Shown here piece after piece: positions 24,700-37,765 of a DNA stretch of 60,253 nt; position 1 is the first letter of the stretch; every line of letters starts with the position of its first letter. The DNA comes from Octopus bimaculoides (Eukaryota): assembly GCF_001194135.2 (NCBI RefSeq), contig NC_068981.1, positions 171,145,424 to 171,205,676 on the forward strand, in the 5' to 3' direction. The position numbers and the translations under genes are program-made. Below the pieces are notes generated by a model, which did not search any database, was not told where the DNA came from, and saw only the letters and a program-made list of their open reading frames with translations.

Positions 24700-25345
24700 T
24701 TTATGATGAGGAAGTAAAAGATTAAATTATAGTAATTGTGACATTTTCAGCTCACACGTGCAGGTAACATTGATGTATTTGAAATTCAGTAGGTCGGTAT
24801 CTTAACATCGGCAGATAAAATTTGTGCTTTGAGAGACATGATAACAATTTGGAAATGCAAAGTAAAAGAAAGAAATTTTGATATGCGCTTTCCAAAACTT
24901 GTGCGTGCGAGCTAAAATGTGAGATCAACTCATTAATTGCTGACCATTTAACATTGCTTAGAGAAAAAAAATTGATTATTATTATCGAAATATTGAAATC
25001 CAAAACTACGATTGGATCAGAAATCCATTTCTAGCAACTGTAACGATTGATTTTTTCACTTACCAAAGAAGAACTAGCCGAAATCAAAAATGATCGGTGT
25101 CTGTTATTGATTTACGAAGAGGGGAACTTACAGAACGTTTAGATTCGTGTCTCAAAGAAGGGTTCAAACCTAGCTAAAAAACTTCACAAATTCTTTTACA
25201 GTTTTCTACTACGGTATCTTTTTCAGCTATGCTACACTTTATAAAGACATCGAAACGTAGAAACTTGAAAATGCTCGATAGCGAAATGCGAGTGTCATTA
25301 TCTACTATTCCACCTAATACCCAAATTCTCAGTTCTTCCCATCAC
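24700..25345 (+). pseudogene. hAT (Buster/Charlie-type) transposase C-terminal remnant
   Basis: Frameshifted motifs SADKICALRDMITIWKCKVKERNFDMRFPKL, YDWIRNPF, KEELAEIKND, FSTT, TSKRRNL, DSEMRVSLSTIPP and terminal ...SH*. Confidence 0.65.
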
Positions 25346-25824
25346 TGAAATAGTAATATATAATAGTTATTTTTTTAAAATAATCTTTGCACATATTTAC
25401 AGATTATTATCGATAAATGATAACTCACATTTCTCTTGAAAACATTTTATTTTGTTTACAAATTATATATTTGTAAAATAAATGTGAATGAAAAGTTTTC
25501 TCGATATGTTCCGCTATTGAAATTAATTTATGCATCAGCATCTTATAGCTATAGTAGAACATTAAAATTAAAATAATTTACGTTAGGTTTATGTAAANNN
25601 NNNNNNNNNNNNNNNNNNNNNNNNNNNNNNNNNNNNNNNNNNNNNNNNNNNNNNNNNNNNNNNNNNNNNNNNNNNNNNNNNNNNNNNNNNNNNNNNNNNN
25701 NNNNNNNNNNNNNNNNNNNNNNNNNNNNNNNNNNNNNNNNNNNNNNNNNNNNNNNNNNNNNNNNNNNNNNNNNNNNNNNNNNNNNNNNNNNNNNNNNNNN
25801 NNNNNNNNNNNNNNNNNNNNNNNN

Positions 25825-25865
<41 letters not shown>

Positions 25866-25884
25866 ATATATATATATATATATA

Positions 25885-26770
25885 CAGGGGTTGGACAAAA
25901 TAATGGAAACACCTTAAAATTTCAAACAAATTAATTTTAATATGGGGTAGGACCGCCTGTGGTAGTAACTACATCTTGAATGCTACGAGATATGGACACA
26001 TACAAAGTTTGAATTGTTTGTCCATTCTTCAGCTAAAACTATCTCCAGTTCTTGTAGTGATGATGGTGGAGTATATCGACTCCTTATTTGTTTTTGTAAA
26101 ATGCACCATAAATGTTCTATAATAGTGAGATCTGGGGAGTGTGATGGCCAGATAAGATATTCAACTTCACTAGAACGTTTCCCGTGCCCTTCGTAACCAC
26201 TTTAGCTGTGTGAATTGGTGCATTATCATCCTGAAAGGTTATGTGCCTTTCTGGAGATAGTTCCGCAACCATAGGATGAATTTGATCAGTTAAAATGCTT
26301 AAATAGTCTTAAATCTTAATTCTGCCGTGAAGGGAAACTATTGGGCTGGTGGATTTCCAAGATATAGCACCCCCCCCCCTCCTCCATGTTTAACAGTTGG
26401 AAAAAGGCTGTCTGGGTCAAATGTTTCTTTTGGCTGTCTCCACACGGATAGTCATCTGGTGGTCGGAAATAAGGTAAAGCATGACTCGTCCGAGAAAATA
26501 ACATTCTTGCAGTGTTCTAGGGATCAATTCTGTAGGTTTTTACTCCACTCTAAACGCTTTGCAACATTTGTTTTCTGATAGCAGCCTTCCCATCATATCC
26601 GGCTTTGTGCAGCTCCCGGCGAACAGTTTTTATGGAAACTCGGTTCTCGAGGTGGTCATTAAGCTCTGCAGTAATTTTGAGAGCTGTATCTTTGAGAGCT
26701 GTATCCTTTCTAACAATTGGGGTAAGGGTCCGATAGTCCCTATCTGAAAGTTTTCGTTTTCTTCCGGTGC
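25885..26770 (-). mobile_element. Tc1-family DNA transposon, one TIR present, transposase pseudogene (25937-26768)
   Basis: TIR caggggttggacaaaataatggaaacacc follows TA in a (TA)n tract. The minus strand gives GRKRKLSDRD...TVRRELHKAG, VIFSDES, KHGGG, FQDDNAPIH, WPSHSPDLTIIEHLW and GGPTPY*. Confidence 0.9.
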
Positions 26771-26904
26771 GTGTGTATATATATAGAATAAGGTAGGGAA
26801 ATGGAAATCTTGTGTTATTTATTCTCCATTGCACGTGTTTCATTTGAAAATATAAATTACAAAGATTTGCTTGTTAGATAGTCAGGTAAAGCATTTTCAA
26901 TTAA

Positions 26905-26993
26905 AAACTCATCAGATAGAGAATAATTATAATAATTATAATAATTATAAACAATAAGTATAATATTATAATTATTCTCTATCTGATGAGTTT
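26905..26993. repeat. Perfect 30-bp inverted repeat with 29-nt spacer; right arm contains CTGATGAG
   Basis: 26905-26934 aaactcatcagatagagaataattataata is the exact reverse complement of 26964-26993. Confidence 0.9.
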
Positions 26994-27299
26994 CTAATAG
27001 GAAATTCTTTACATGTCTATCTAACGTGTAAATCTTTGTAATTCCTATTAACAAATGGAATACGTATAATGGAGATTAAATAATCTCACGGGATTTCCAC
27101 TTACCTGTTTTATTATAAATTAACTCTGCTAATAGTTTTTCCATAATTCTCAATTTTAATATGTATTTTAACTCATATATAGCACAAAACTATGGATACA
27201 TATTGCTTGTAATACTGGAATAAGTAAATGTGTTTCAAGAGGAAACAGCGGGGATTTACCCTAACTAACTATATATATAAACGTGCTTGCGTTTATATA

Positions 27300-27765
27300 A
27301 GGCACAGGAGTGTCTATTGCGTAAGAAGACACGGGAGTGTTTATGTAACAAGAAGCTTGCTTCCCATACACATTGTTCCGGGTTCAGTACCACTGAATGG
27401 CATTAAAGCCTTGTGAGTGTATTTGGTAGAGGGAAACTGAAAAAGACTGTCGAATATATATATATATATATATATATATCGGTAGATATATACATACATA
27501 CATAAATACATACATACATACTTACATACATACATACATACATACATACGTACATATGTGTGGCGTCGTTGCGTCTGTGTTTGTCACCATCCAGTGTTGG
27601 TGCTTGCGGCACCTAACTTAGCGGTTCGCCAAAAGATCCCTATATAATAAGTACCAAGTTTAAAAAATCAAAAAAATCGTGGGGTCGATTCATTCGACTA
27701 AAATTTCAAGGCGGCGCCCCAGCACGACCACAGTCTACTGACTGAAACAAGTAAAAGGTAAAATC
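27300..27765 (+). mobile_element. SINE family B with internal (TA)/(TACA) microsatellite
   Basis: Head gttccgggttcagtaccactg, middle aaagccttgtgagtg.atttggtaga.ggaaactgaaa, tail aaggcggcgccccagcacgaccacagtc..tgactgaaacaagtaaaag. Confidence 0.8.
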
Positions 27766-27782
27766 TAATATACGCGTGTATA

Positions 27783-28011
27783 TACTCTTTTACTTGTTTC
27801 AGTCATTTTTACTGCGGCCATACTGGAGCACCACCTTTAGTCGAGCAAATCGACACCAGGACTTATCCTTTGTAAGCCTGGTATTTATTCTACTGGTCTC
27901 CTTTCCCGAACCGCCAAGTTACGGGGACGCAAACACACCAGCGTCGGTTGTCAAGCGGTGTTGGGTTGACAAACACAGACACACACACACACACGCATAT
28001 ACATACATACA

Positions 28012-28050
<39 letters not shown>

Positions 28051-28095
28051 GACGGGCTTCTTTCAGTTTCGGTCTACCAAATCCACTCACAAGGC
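27783..28095 (-). mobile_element. SINE family B, head-truncated, tail-to-tail with the previous copy
   Basis: cttttacttgtttcagtcattttactgcggccatactggagcacc...ttcagtttcggtctaccaaatccactcacaaggct. Confidence 0.85.
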
Positions 28096-29662
28096 TATAT
28101 TTATATATAAGATAAGGAAAATGGGGGACTCATTCAGTAGATAGCAAAGCGAAGATCAGAGTGTGAATAGTAATAATTGTAAGTTTAGTAGAATTTACAG
28201 CTGAAAAATACAATCGATTAAAATTAAAAAGGGAGATATCCAAATTATTCTATTCAACAAGCATTTGTTGATTACTAATTTCAAAAAGTACTTTTAGTTA
28301 CTTGGTTACTTCGGCTACTTATTTGATTTGATAAACTAAAGTAATTGACCATCAGTCTACGAAATATTTAAAGTACACAATGTCTGGACATAATGCAGAT
28401 GTGTGATAGAGGCAGATTAATTGTAATTCAAGATATAATGAAATCACTGAACGATTGCTTGCAGATTACAAACTTACCATTCTCCCTGGCATATATTGTC
28501 TTCATAATTTCCCGTATAAATGTGATATGTGCACGTGTGTAAAATCAATAAATATAACATACGCCTCTCATTACCTGTTTTGCTCACATAGATTACGAGA
28601 AAAGAACTGGGCAGTGTTGAATTTTGTATATACTTTACATTGTAATTTTACAGAATACAATGTATTTACTAACTGGTGATTACCAAAGCATCCATAATAA
28701 TCGTTTAAACAAACACTTAGTAATTGCTTTAACTACTTGATATAGCAGCCAATATCATTTAAAGCCGCAAAAAGCCTCGCTTAACCACCTTAAATAAAGG
28801 ACACATCAGACAATCTCTCAATGCTTCTCTTCTTTGTTCTCTTCTAAGGCCTCTCAGCTGCATCTAAACAACATCAACAAGATTAATTAAGCAAGTATTA
28901 CAAGATGTCCGACAACAATTATTATCTCTGATATTGCTTCATGCTTTGTGTGTTGGATAATGAGACTATGGAGAATATTTCTTATCCTCAATTTACCCTC
29001 AGAGTGATTTGGATTCAAGACTTCCGATCAACGAACGATTTGCCAAAATGTTGTAATGCCGTGTCCCTCATGCGGCATCAATCTGTACTTAGAGCTAAAC
29101 AAACTGAACCATTTCACACTTCTGTGCATTAATCATGCCCTCACATAATCACACGTAAAGATTTATCTGCGTATTTACTCTCTAGCTAGCTATCTTTCTA
29201 CCTACCTTTCTATCTATCTCTCTGTCTGTCTATGTGTATGTATGTATCAAGAGAACGAAAAAATGTAGTAGTAGTAGTAGTAGTAGTAGTTGTTGCTGTT
29301 GTTGTTGTTGTTGTTGTAACATCACCTGAGGCTTCAGAAGTCGCTTTTGCTTTATAAACCATTTAGGTGTTTTAAAGCGCCATCGAAAACTTGATTAAAA
29401 ATTGTTACTTAAATTAAGCAGCTAAGGCTAAAAATACCAGCGGCAAACATGTTGTCTTTTAGTATTGCGTTGTGGACAGGTAGATCAGGAAGGAATTGTT
29501 CTTTATACATGTTATTTATAGAGATCGAGAAATGGTTATTGTATCGTTAAGAGTTTAGATGCAATAATTTTGCGTAAAATATTTAGTAATGACTTCTACA
29601 TTAGCTTCAGCGAGACCAAAGTACTGTGAGCAAAATTTGCTAGTGCACCGTATTTATATATA

Positions 29663-29702
<40 letters not shown>

Positions 29703-31096
29703 TTTTGGCAGAGTATGTCAATGAGGGAGGAATCACCGGCGAAATGACAATGTTTTCCTAACGACAGACATTGCGTTAACAAAGTCACCTGCAGTAAGTT
29801 TCAAATGCACTTTTTGTCATTCTTCCTCTCAATTTGTATTGAACCTGTGACAGGCTCATTGAATTGATACGACCAACCAAAGGATTATATCGCTCACCAA
29901 CAGCTATATGCGTCATCGAAAAGTAAAACTCAGCTTCCCGAGAGCTGAAGACAACCGTATTGCCTTTGTTCTCGCATGAATTACAAAATGAGATAGAATA
30001 GTGCACTTATTAGAACATACAAACCTGTCAAACATGAAATAAACGAAACACTTTGGAGAATTGCAGTTTGTTTTATTAGTTGGAGCATCATTATACAGAA
30101 CAGAAATGCTTCCTTTGCAATCTGAAATAGTTGCTTTCTGAAGATGGCTTGGTTGACACTATAAACAAACTCGAAAGGTTCTGCCACTAAGCATAAACAT
30201 AAAAGTTAGAAGATAAACATAACATGGTTATTCATTACGTACTTGTTGACTCCTTTCCGTAAGTAAACGAAATGTTGGATTTTTACGATCATTATTTTCT
30301 TTTTCAGCAACTATGTTGAATTTCTGTTTTATGTTCGACTTCTCTCTCTCATTATATTATTATTTGTCTTTATTTATTACCTCATATAGCTCACGTGAAT
30401 ATATCTAACACTAACACTGGTGTTCTGTTAATGTAAAAGCAATATCGTTTATCTATTGAAAATTGTGTGCAACGTAGATGGTTGAGGTAAATCATTACTC
30501 GACTTGATATTCTAACGTAAATTGTCTGGTACATCACATTACTGTTCAGAACATAAGAGCGAGCGAGTTGAATTTACATTTCAATAGGTAATGATCAATG
30601 AAACAGTTGTTTCTTTGTTTAGACAAATAAACCGTTACCACACGTTTCACAGTATGTGACTTTTCTAATTTCCTTGACAGGCAAATAAAAATCCCATCTT
30701 CAAATCGTTCTTTCCTTAAGATGCATGGATCTTATTAATTTTCGGAATGTAATATAGTTGTTGCTAAGTTGCATATATTGTCACAGTGGTCATTTACCTG
30801 CTGACTACTTCTGATTGCCACCTAGGTGATTAGATGCCAAGTTCTCCACTATGAAAACGGAGGAAGGAATTACTGTAAAATTCATAAGCATATTCTTGAC
30901 TGTTTGCGCACTACTTCTGCCGATTTTGCAAATATTACGTATTACTGAGTCTCCAGAAACAGTCGTAAGACCTGAAATACTATGCTCAGTCCCCTTAGTT
31001 TCATGATGTTTTGTACTCCATCTAAACCTGGTATGTTAGTATATACCTATTTATACACATATACATGAATGTTCACCTTCTGAATGTGTCAGGTTT

Positions 31097-31186
<90 letters not shown>

Positions 31187-31500
31187 GCAGGCGTGTCTCT
31201 GTAGTAATAGGCTTGATTCCCAACCACATGGTTCCAGATTCAATCTCACTGCATTGCACCTTGGGCAATGCTTTTTAATTGTTTCAGTCGTTTGATTGTG
31301 GCCATACTGGAGCACCGCCTGAAACGGTGTTAGTGAAAGAAATTGACCTCAAGACTTATTCTTTGTAATCCTGGTACTTATTCTATCGGTCTCTTTTGCC
31401 GAACCGCTCACTTACTTGAACGTGAACGCACCACCATTGGTCGTCAAGTGATGGCGGGGTGACAAACACAAATACACACACACACACACAAATACATGAA
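31187..31500. mobile_element. SINE family B head (+, about 31187-31272) fused to a family B tail (-, about 31275-31500)
   Basis: gcaggcgtg...ccaaccacatggttccagattcaatctcactgcattgcaccttgggcaa is followed directly by tgtttcagtcgtttgattgtggccatactggagcaccgcc. Confidence 0.7.
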
Positions 31501-31506
31501 TACATG

Positions 31507-31541
<35 letters not shown>

Positions 31542-31844
31542 NNNNNNNNNNNNNNNNNNNNNNNNNNNNNNNNNNNNNNNNNNNNNNNNNNNNNNNNNNN
31601 NNNNNNNNNNNNNNNNNNNNNNNNNNNNNNNNNNNNNNNNNNNNNNNNNNNNNNNNNNNNNNNNNNNNNNNNNNNNNNNNNNNNNNNNNNNNNNNNNNNN
31701 NNNNNNNNNNNNNNNNNNNNNNNNNNNNNNNNNNNNNNNNNNNNNNNNNNNNNNNNNNATATATATATATATATAGTTTGCTGAAACAAATTGATAGGTC
31801 CACATGTAACATCGAAAGGTACATCTTTTTTTTTTGTGATGAAA

Positions 31845-31960
31845 TTATATCGACCCCGAAATAATGAAAGTGAAAGTCGATCTCGCAAGAATTTGAACTC
31901 AGATTAAATGGACGGGCAAAATACCACTAAGCATTTTGCACGATAGGCTAAAGACGCCTT
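31845..31960 (-). mobile_element. SINE family A, 5' part
   Basis: tatcgaccccgaaa..atgaaag..aaagtcga...gaatttgaactcaga...ctaagcattt. Confidence 0.75.
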
Positions 31961-32505
31961 AACAACAACATATTAGATATTGAGCGCTTAAATATAGAAA
32001 TTTCAATATGTTACATTTAGTATATACATATGTGTGCAATGATATATTCTCTTATCGTGAACGACAAATATGGCGCAGTAAAATAAAGCAATAATCATGT
32101 TCTATGGACACGAAGGTGTCTATTGACACACACACACACACACATGAACACATACACATACACACATACACACTCATATGTGCGTGAGTATGTGTGTGTT
32201 GTAAATAATAGCATGTAAATTTGGGATGAAAAATCCTTTTGGATAGAAAAAGTAGGAGGTTGTCCGTAGCACTCAAACTTACATCACATGAGACAGAGAC
32301 ACACACACACGCACGCACGCATACGCACGCGCATACATGCACACACACACATACATACATGCATTCATATATATACGGTATGATCAATAAGTATCCGTAC
32401 TGTTGCCATAGTAACGAGGCTAAAGCACGCAGAGTAAAGCCGCTTGGCACAAATTGACTGTGATTCTAAGTTCGATTCCAGACAGTGACCTGAAAAATAT
32501 TGATG

Positions 32506-32571
<66 letters not shown>

Positions 32572-32590
32572 GCAACAACAACAACAAAAC
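32506..32590. repeat. (AAT)n(AAC)n microsatellite
   Basis: Directly visible. Confidence 0.95.
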
Positions 32591-32594
32591 AACA

Positions 32595-32755
32595 ATATCG
32601 AAAAAATACCTTAGGAATAAGAGTACAGATTCGAATTTTCCTTAAGACACCTGAAGAAGGATGGAGGGTTTATCAGCCGAAACGATGTGTTAACAACAAA
32701 CAAAATGAGGACAAATATCCGTGAAATGTAAATAATGTAAATAATATAAATAATG
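32595..32755 (+). mobile_element. PLE-type short terminal element carrying a hammerhead-like motif
   Basis: Sits between microsatellites. It contains the motif at 32646-32691 and ends in (aaatgtaaataat)-like repeats. Confidence 0.55.
32646..32691 (+). ncRNA. Minimal type I hammerhead ribozyme-like motif (core intact, cleavage triplet altered)
   Basis: gacac CTGAAGA a ggatg-gagggtttat-cagcc GAAAC gat gtgtt. Stem I gacac/gtgtt, stem II 4 of 5 pairs, both conserved boxes intact. GAT replaces the expected GUH. Confidence 0.7.
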
Positions 32756-32791
32756 TCAGGATACTTACTGGCCAGACTTCTTATACACACA

Positions 32792-32865
<74 letters not shown>

Positions 32866-33764
32866 CCGGTTCGTCAGTGTTTGCATATACAAAATTCCAC
32901 ATATAGGAAGTAAGAGTCTTAATCGCAATGCAATGCTTGTGCTCATACAAAATGATTATTTGGCAAGCAGTTCAAACGCAGTTTAAAACTTGCTATGGAA
33001 AATAACGACACTGGAATTGCTATCTAAAATATGAGACCGGTACTTCAATGCCGGTATTAAATTAAATAATTAAATTTGTAGATATCATGACGTGATCAAG
33101 ATTCAAGTGTATTCTGGAGATATAAAATATAGAATTTGTTCCTTCAAGATGTAATAAGTTGCCATTTGGAAACTCATATTGTTATGACCTAACATTTCTG
33201 GATATTTAAATAGACTAGTAATTGTTGTTTCTTTATTTCTTTGATTGTAGGTGGGGGTTTTTTTTTTCGTTTTTGCGTTCGTGTTTTCTTTTTTTCTTTT
33301 GGAGGACAGGAATGAGGGTGTCAGTAACAGAGCGAGGAAAGTAAAATATTATTTCTGGAAACCATCTCAAATTTCAAATAAATCAATGGGTTAATATATA
33401 AAGACAGAATGTTGACGCTGGTAGATGTCAGAATCGTCAGAGTTTTGGAGAAAATTAGCAGTATTTCTATCGGATCTTTATGCTTTTTGTTCAAATTTTG
33501 CCGAAGACAGCTTTGCCATTTATACTCCTGCCGTCAAAAAAATAATGGAGCAGACGAGTTTTAATCTTGAAACTTTCTCTCAAAACTTCTACTAAATAGA
33601 GGCAATGTGAGGAAAGTGGTTCTAATCTTTCTAAAAAGGTATTAGGTATTATACACTATTGTGATATAAGATGTAGCGAGTATGTGTGTCTGTGTGAGTG
33701 GAGAGAGAAAGGTGTAACGTTGGGTAAAAATGAAAGACAGAGGCATGAAGAGATGAACTGTGGG

Positions 33765-34003
33765 CAAGGATTATGGCGGCATTCATTAACTTAAACAAGG
33801 AGACCGTCCAGAAAAGTTGCAGGAGATTCCGAAGACGTCTGGGGGCCGTGGTTGAAGCCAATGGTGATTTTGTTGAATAAATTTACTCTTTACTATTTCA
33901 GGATATTTGTATGTAATTTTGGTACATATACCTGTTAAAATGAGATTTCAGTGTTATTTTCATTTTTGTGTAATTTAGACGACAATATATTCACCGCACC
34001 TTG
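33765..34003 (+). mobile_element. maT/DD37D mariner-like transposon 3' end with TIR
   Basis: Closely matches 51425-51664 (RIMAAFINLNKETVQKSCRRFRRRLGAVVEANGDFVE*) and ends ttcaccgcacc. Confidence 0.85.
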
Positions 34004-34202
34004 TGTGTAATCTTCGAAACGTCTAGTTAGAATAGAGACAGCTGATGAAGGGATATTCCAAGTGGCTTTCCGTTTTCCTATGTGTTCGTTCCGTTGTCTG
34101 TAGTTCATTGTTCTAACGTCCTGTACCCTGATATGCATATATATACACATGTAGATGTAAGTATGTACATATATGTGTGTATACATGTATATATATTCTT
34201 TG

Positions 34203-34276
<74 letters not shown>

Positions 34277-35088
34277 AGTCTTATGCTCAGACACTTTATT
34301 CCTTGTACATATGTGCATTCGTAACAGTATATGTGCTATTGTTTGTTCCCTTAAATATCATGTAAAACAAAAATACAAGGCCCTATACGTTTGAAGGCAA
34401 TGAAATGTGTAGTAACAGAATATTAGGATTATTCATAATGTCCCCTGGGGAGATTACTTGAGTGCTGCCATTATATGCGTATTCATATTTTTAGTTTATA
34501 TTTAATTAGCTGGCTGCCGAACAGAAATCGAAACTGCATCACAAGCTACAGTTGCCAGAAGCCATCGTTTTTTTCTTAAGAGTGCATGACACACTTAACT
34601 CTTGATATAATTTTATTCCAGTGCTTCAGGTGTTTCTGCCTTGAAGCTATTTTAAAGACGAGTCATATTTTCGTTGCTTCAAAACGTATTCTTTCATCTA
34701 ATCGTGTGTATATGAAGCTACAGTTTTATATATAATTTCCTTTTTATATTAACTGTTTTCATTTCTGTCCCCATTCAGCATAATGAGAGTTTTAAGGATG
34801 TGCCATTTGTGTATAAGTACATACGTATATATTATGTATGTTTTATTGGTCATGTATGTGTGTGTGTAGGTATATATGTATATATGTATGGCAATGTATA
34901 TATATGTATTGCATCAAAGAGAAATTACGAAAATTTGGAACTCAAAATTCAGTACTTTCGTCTAAAACTTACATCAAATGTGAATTACGCTTCACCACTT
35001 GCTTTAATTGCATACAACATATACACACATCATTCACACAGATTGTGTGCGTACACAAGATCAGAAACACCCTTTTCCTCTCTCCATT

Positions 35089-35134
<46 letters not shown>

Positions 35135-35568
35135 TGGTACACAGAAACACACACACACACACACATACACAGACGCACACACGCATACGCATACACACNN
35201 NNNNNNNNNNNNNNNNNNNNNNNNNNNNNNNNNNNNNNNNNNNNNNNNNNNNNNNNNNNNNNNNNNNNNNNNNNNNNNNNNNNNNNNNNNNNNNNNNNNN
35301 NNNNNNNNNNNNNNNNNNNNNNNNNNNNNNNNNNNNNNNNNNNNNNNNNNNNNNNNNNNNNNNNNNNNNNNNNNNNNNNNNNNNNNNNNNNNNNNNNNNN
35401 NNNNNNNNNNNNNNNNNNNNNNNNNNNNNNNNNNNNNNNNNNNNNNNNNNNNNNNNNNNNNNNNNNNNNNNNNNNNNNNNNNNNNNNNNNNNNNNNNNNN
35501 NNNNNNNNNNNNNNNNNNNNNNNNNNNNNNNNNNNNNNNNNNNNNNNNNNNNNNNNNNNNNNNNNNNN

Positions 35569-35599
35569 CATAAGATAAATATAATATATTTATCTTATG
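35569..35599. repeat. Perfect 15-bp inverted repeat at a gap edge
   Basis: cataagataaatata-a-tatatttatcttatg. Confidence 0.8.
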
Positions 35600-35819
35600 A
35601 TATTTATTTTACTTTATATTATACTCATTTATTGTGCTTTTAATTATTAATTTTTCTATATGTGATAGTGGATTTTCATTGATGAGTTCTTGAAAATTGG
35701 TTATTTTCCCTAAAACTATATATTTTATATATACTTTATCTATAAGGCTCAATTTAATTTTAATTTTTTATAAATTGATTTTAATTGAGTTTTTTACCTG
35801 TAATTTTGGATTTTGTCGC

Positions 35820-35851
<32 letters not shown>

Positions 35852-37024
35852 AACAATAAATTAAATAGAGGGATACAATTGAAAATCCAATAATTTATTC
35901 ATATTATAACGTAACATAATATGCTATGAATATAATATAATATAACATAAATAATAGAAATATTAAAGGATAAAATAGATGAGGTATTCTTAGTTATTAT
36001 ATGTTGACTGGTATTTCACTAAACAACAACGTCAGTAACTGTTTTATGTTTAATTATTAACATATGCACTCAGAAAGGGATTATTTTCTTATTATATTGT
36101 AACTATTCATTCCTTGAAGCGTACTAGTGATTAAGAAATTCTGTTTATCAGAAACACGAACAAGCGATTTTTGGTTTTATTTCGGCTAATTGGTGAATGA
36201 CTTTCTTTTTTAATTAACAGAAGATAAAAAGGTAAAAGCGCGTGCTTATAAACGTATGTATGTGCATAAGCGGACGTTAGAAATAGCTATTTGCGGTATC
36301 AGATTTACCGTTCCCATAAACATATACTTCTACATGATTCAAATAAAAACCTTCCTTTGCTTAAGCTGTTAGATTGTAAAGTAAAAAAAAAACAAAACGT
36401 ACTGAATATATTGGACGATAAACTAAGAGGAAAATATATACTGTTAATAAAAAACATTGTTTATGTATCAAGTTATTGCTTCAAATGTTTATATTGCTCT
36501 TTCATTGATACATGCAAGATTTCATGCTTCATAATTTGCTAATCCAACTCTTGTGTTTAATGGATGTAGATATTGCTACATATTGTAGATCTAGTGGTCT
36601 ATATGCACCCACTTACGCTTAACCAGAATTTCATGAGACTTTTACTGCGCTTTAAATTTATATGACTCCATCGTGATCATTATATTTAGTGAACGATACC
36701 TATAATCTGTGTTTTGATCCTGAATCACGCCGAAAGATCAAGTCAAAAGAGACTGGGAATCAGAATTTTAGTCCCTGGCTTTTAAAAAATTCGTTATCGG
36801 GGAAAGATTTCAAGTGCATTCTATTAAGGAATACCCCAGTAGATTACTGGTTAATTAAAGAACGAACCAACTGTATATGACTAGACGGGAGTTAGTTATT
36901 GTTGTTACTTTTTTTTTACTGCCCTTGCTGCGTTTGTGTTTGCTTACCTACAGGTCATACTCTACGTGAACAGACCTACTGCCGGTGATTATAGAACCAA
37001 GTGAATTCCATCCTTTTCAGGTAT

Positions 37025-37765
37025 AGTACATCGTAGTCGTTGACGATGAGATCAACACCAGACTCGCCAAAGCAAGTGCTGCCTTCGGCAGACTCCACAA
37101 GAATGTATGGGACAGAAGAGGCATCACCTCCATGACAAAGATCAAGGTCTACAAAGCTGTCGTACTCACCACCCTACTCTATGGATGTGAGTCGTGGACC
37201 GTCTACCAACGCCACGCCAAAAGACTAAATCACTTCCACACCACCAGGCTGAGGAAACTACTTGGCATAAGCTGGCAGGAAATGATACCAGACACAGAAG
37301 TCGTCACTCGTGCCGGGCTCCCAAGCATCTCTACCATCCTGATGAAAACTCAGCTTCGCTGGACTGGTCATGTAGCCCGCATGCCAGACTACAGAATACC
37401 CAAGAAGCTTCTGTTTGGTGAGCTCCAGCACGGCAAGCGCACTCATAGCGGCCGGAGGAAATGGTTTAAAGGCAACCTAAATGTATCACTGAAGGCCTTC
37501 AACATTGACCCGTCATCATGGGAGCAGACAGCTTTAGATAGGATCAAGTGGCGGGCCGCTGTTCCCAACGGTGCCCGCCAATATGAAAGTGACAGGAAAG
37601 CTGCTGCAGAGAAGCGCAGGCAGAACAGAAAGAACAATGCTTTGAAGCCCCCGGCACCTGCTACCATTCCCTGCCATCTCCGCATACACCGATGATGACC
37701 TCCCCACTCCCCTCTAGGATGATCAGTTGGTCCTCGTTGTTCCGACGGACGAAAAACACACCGTA
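37025..37765 (+). mobile_element. RTE (BovB-like) LINE, 5'-truncated; open C-terminal ORF2 fragment 37036-37695
   Basis: VVDDEINTRLAKASAAFGRL...KIKVYKAVVLTTLLYGCESWT...QLRWTGHVARMPDYRIPKKLLFGEL...DRIKWRAAV is the classic RTE post-RT region. A short 3' UTR ends cgacggacgaa. Confidence 0.92.

Noticed and set aside
29712-29793. Exon-like segment between ttttggcag and gca/gtaagt
   Set aside because: All three frames contain stops. It could be non-coding, but there is no further support.
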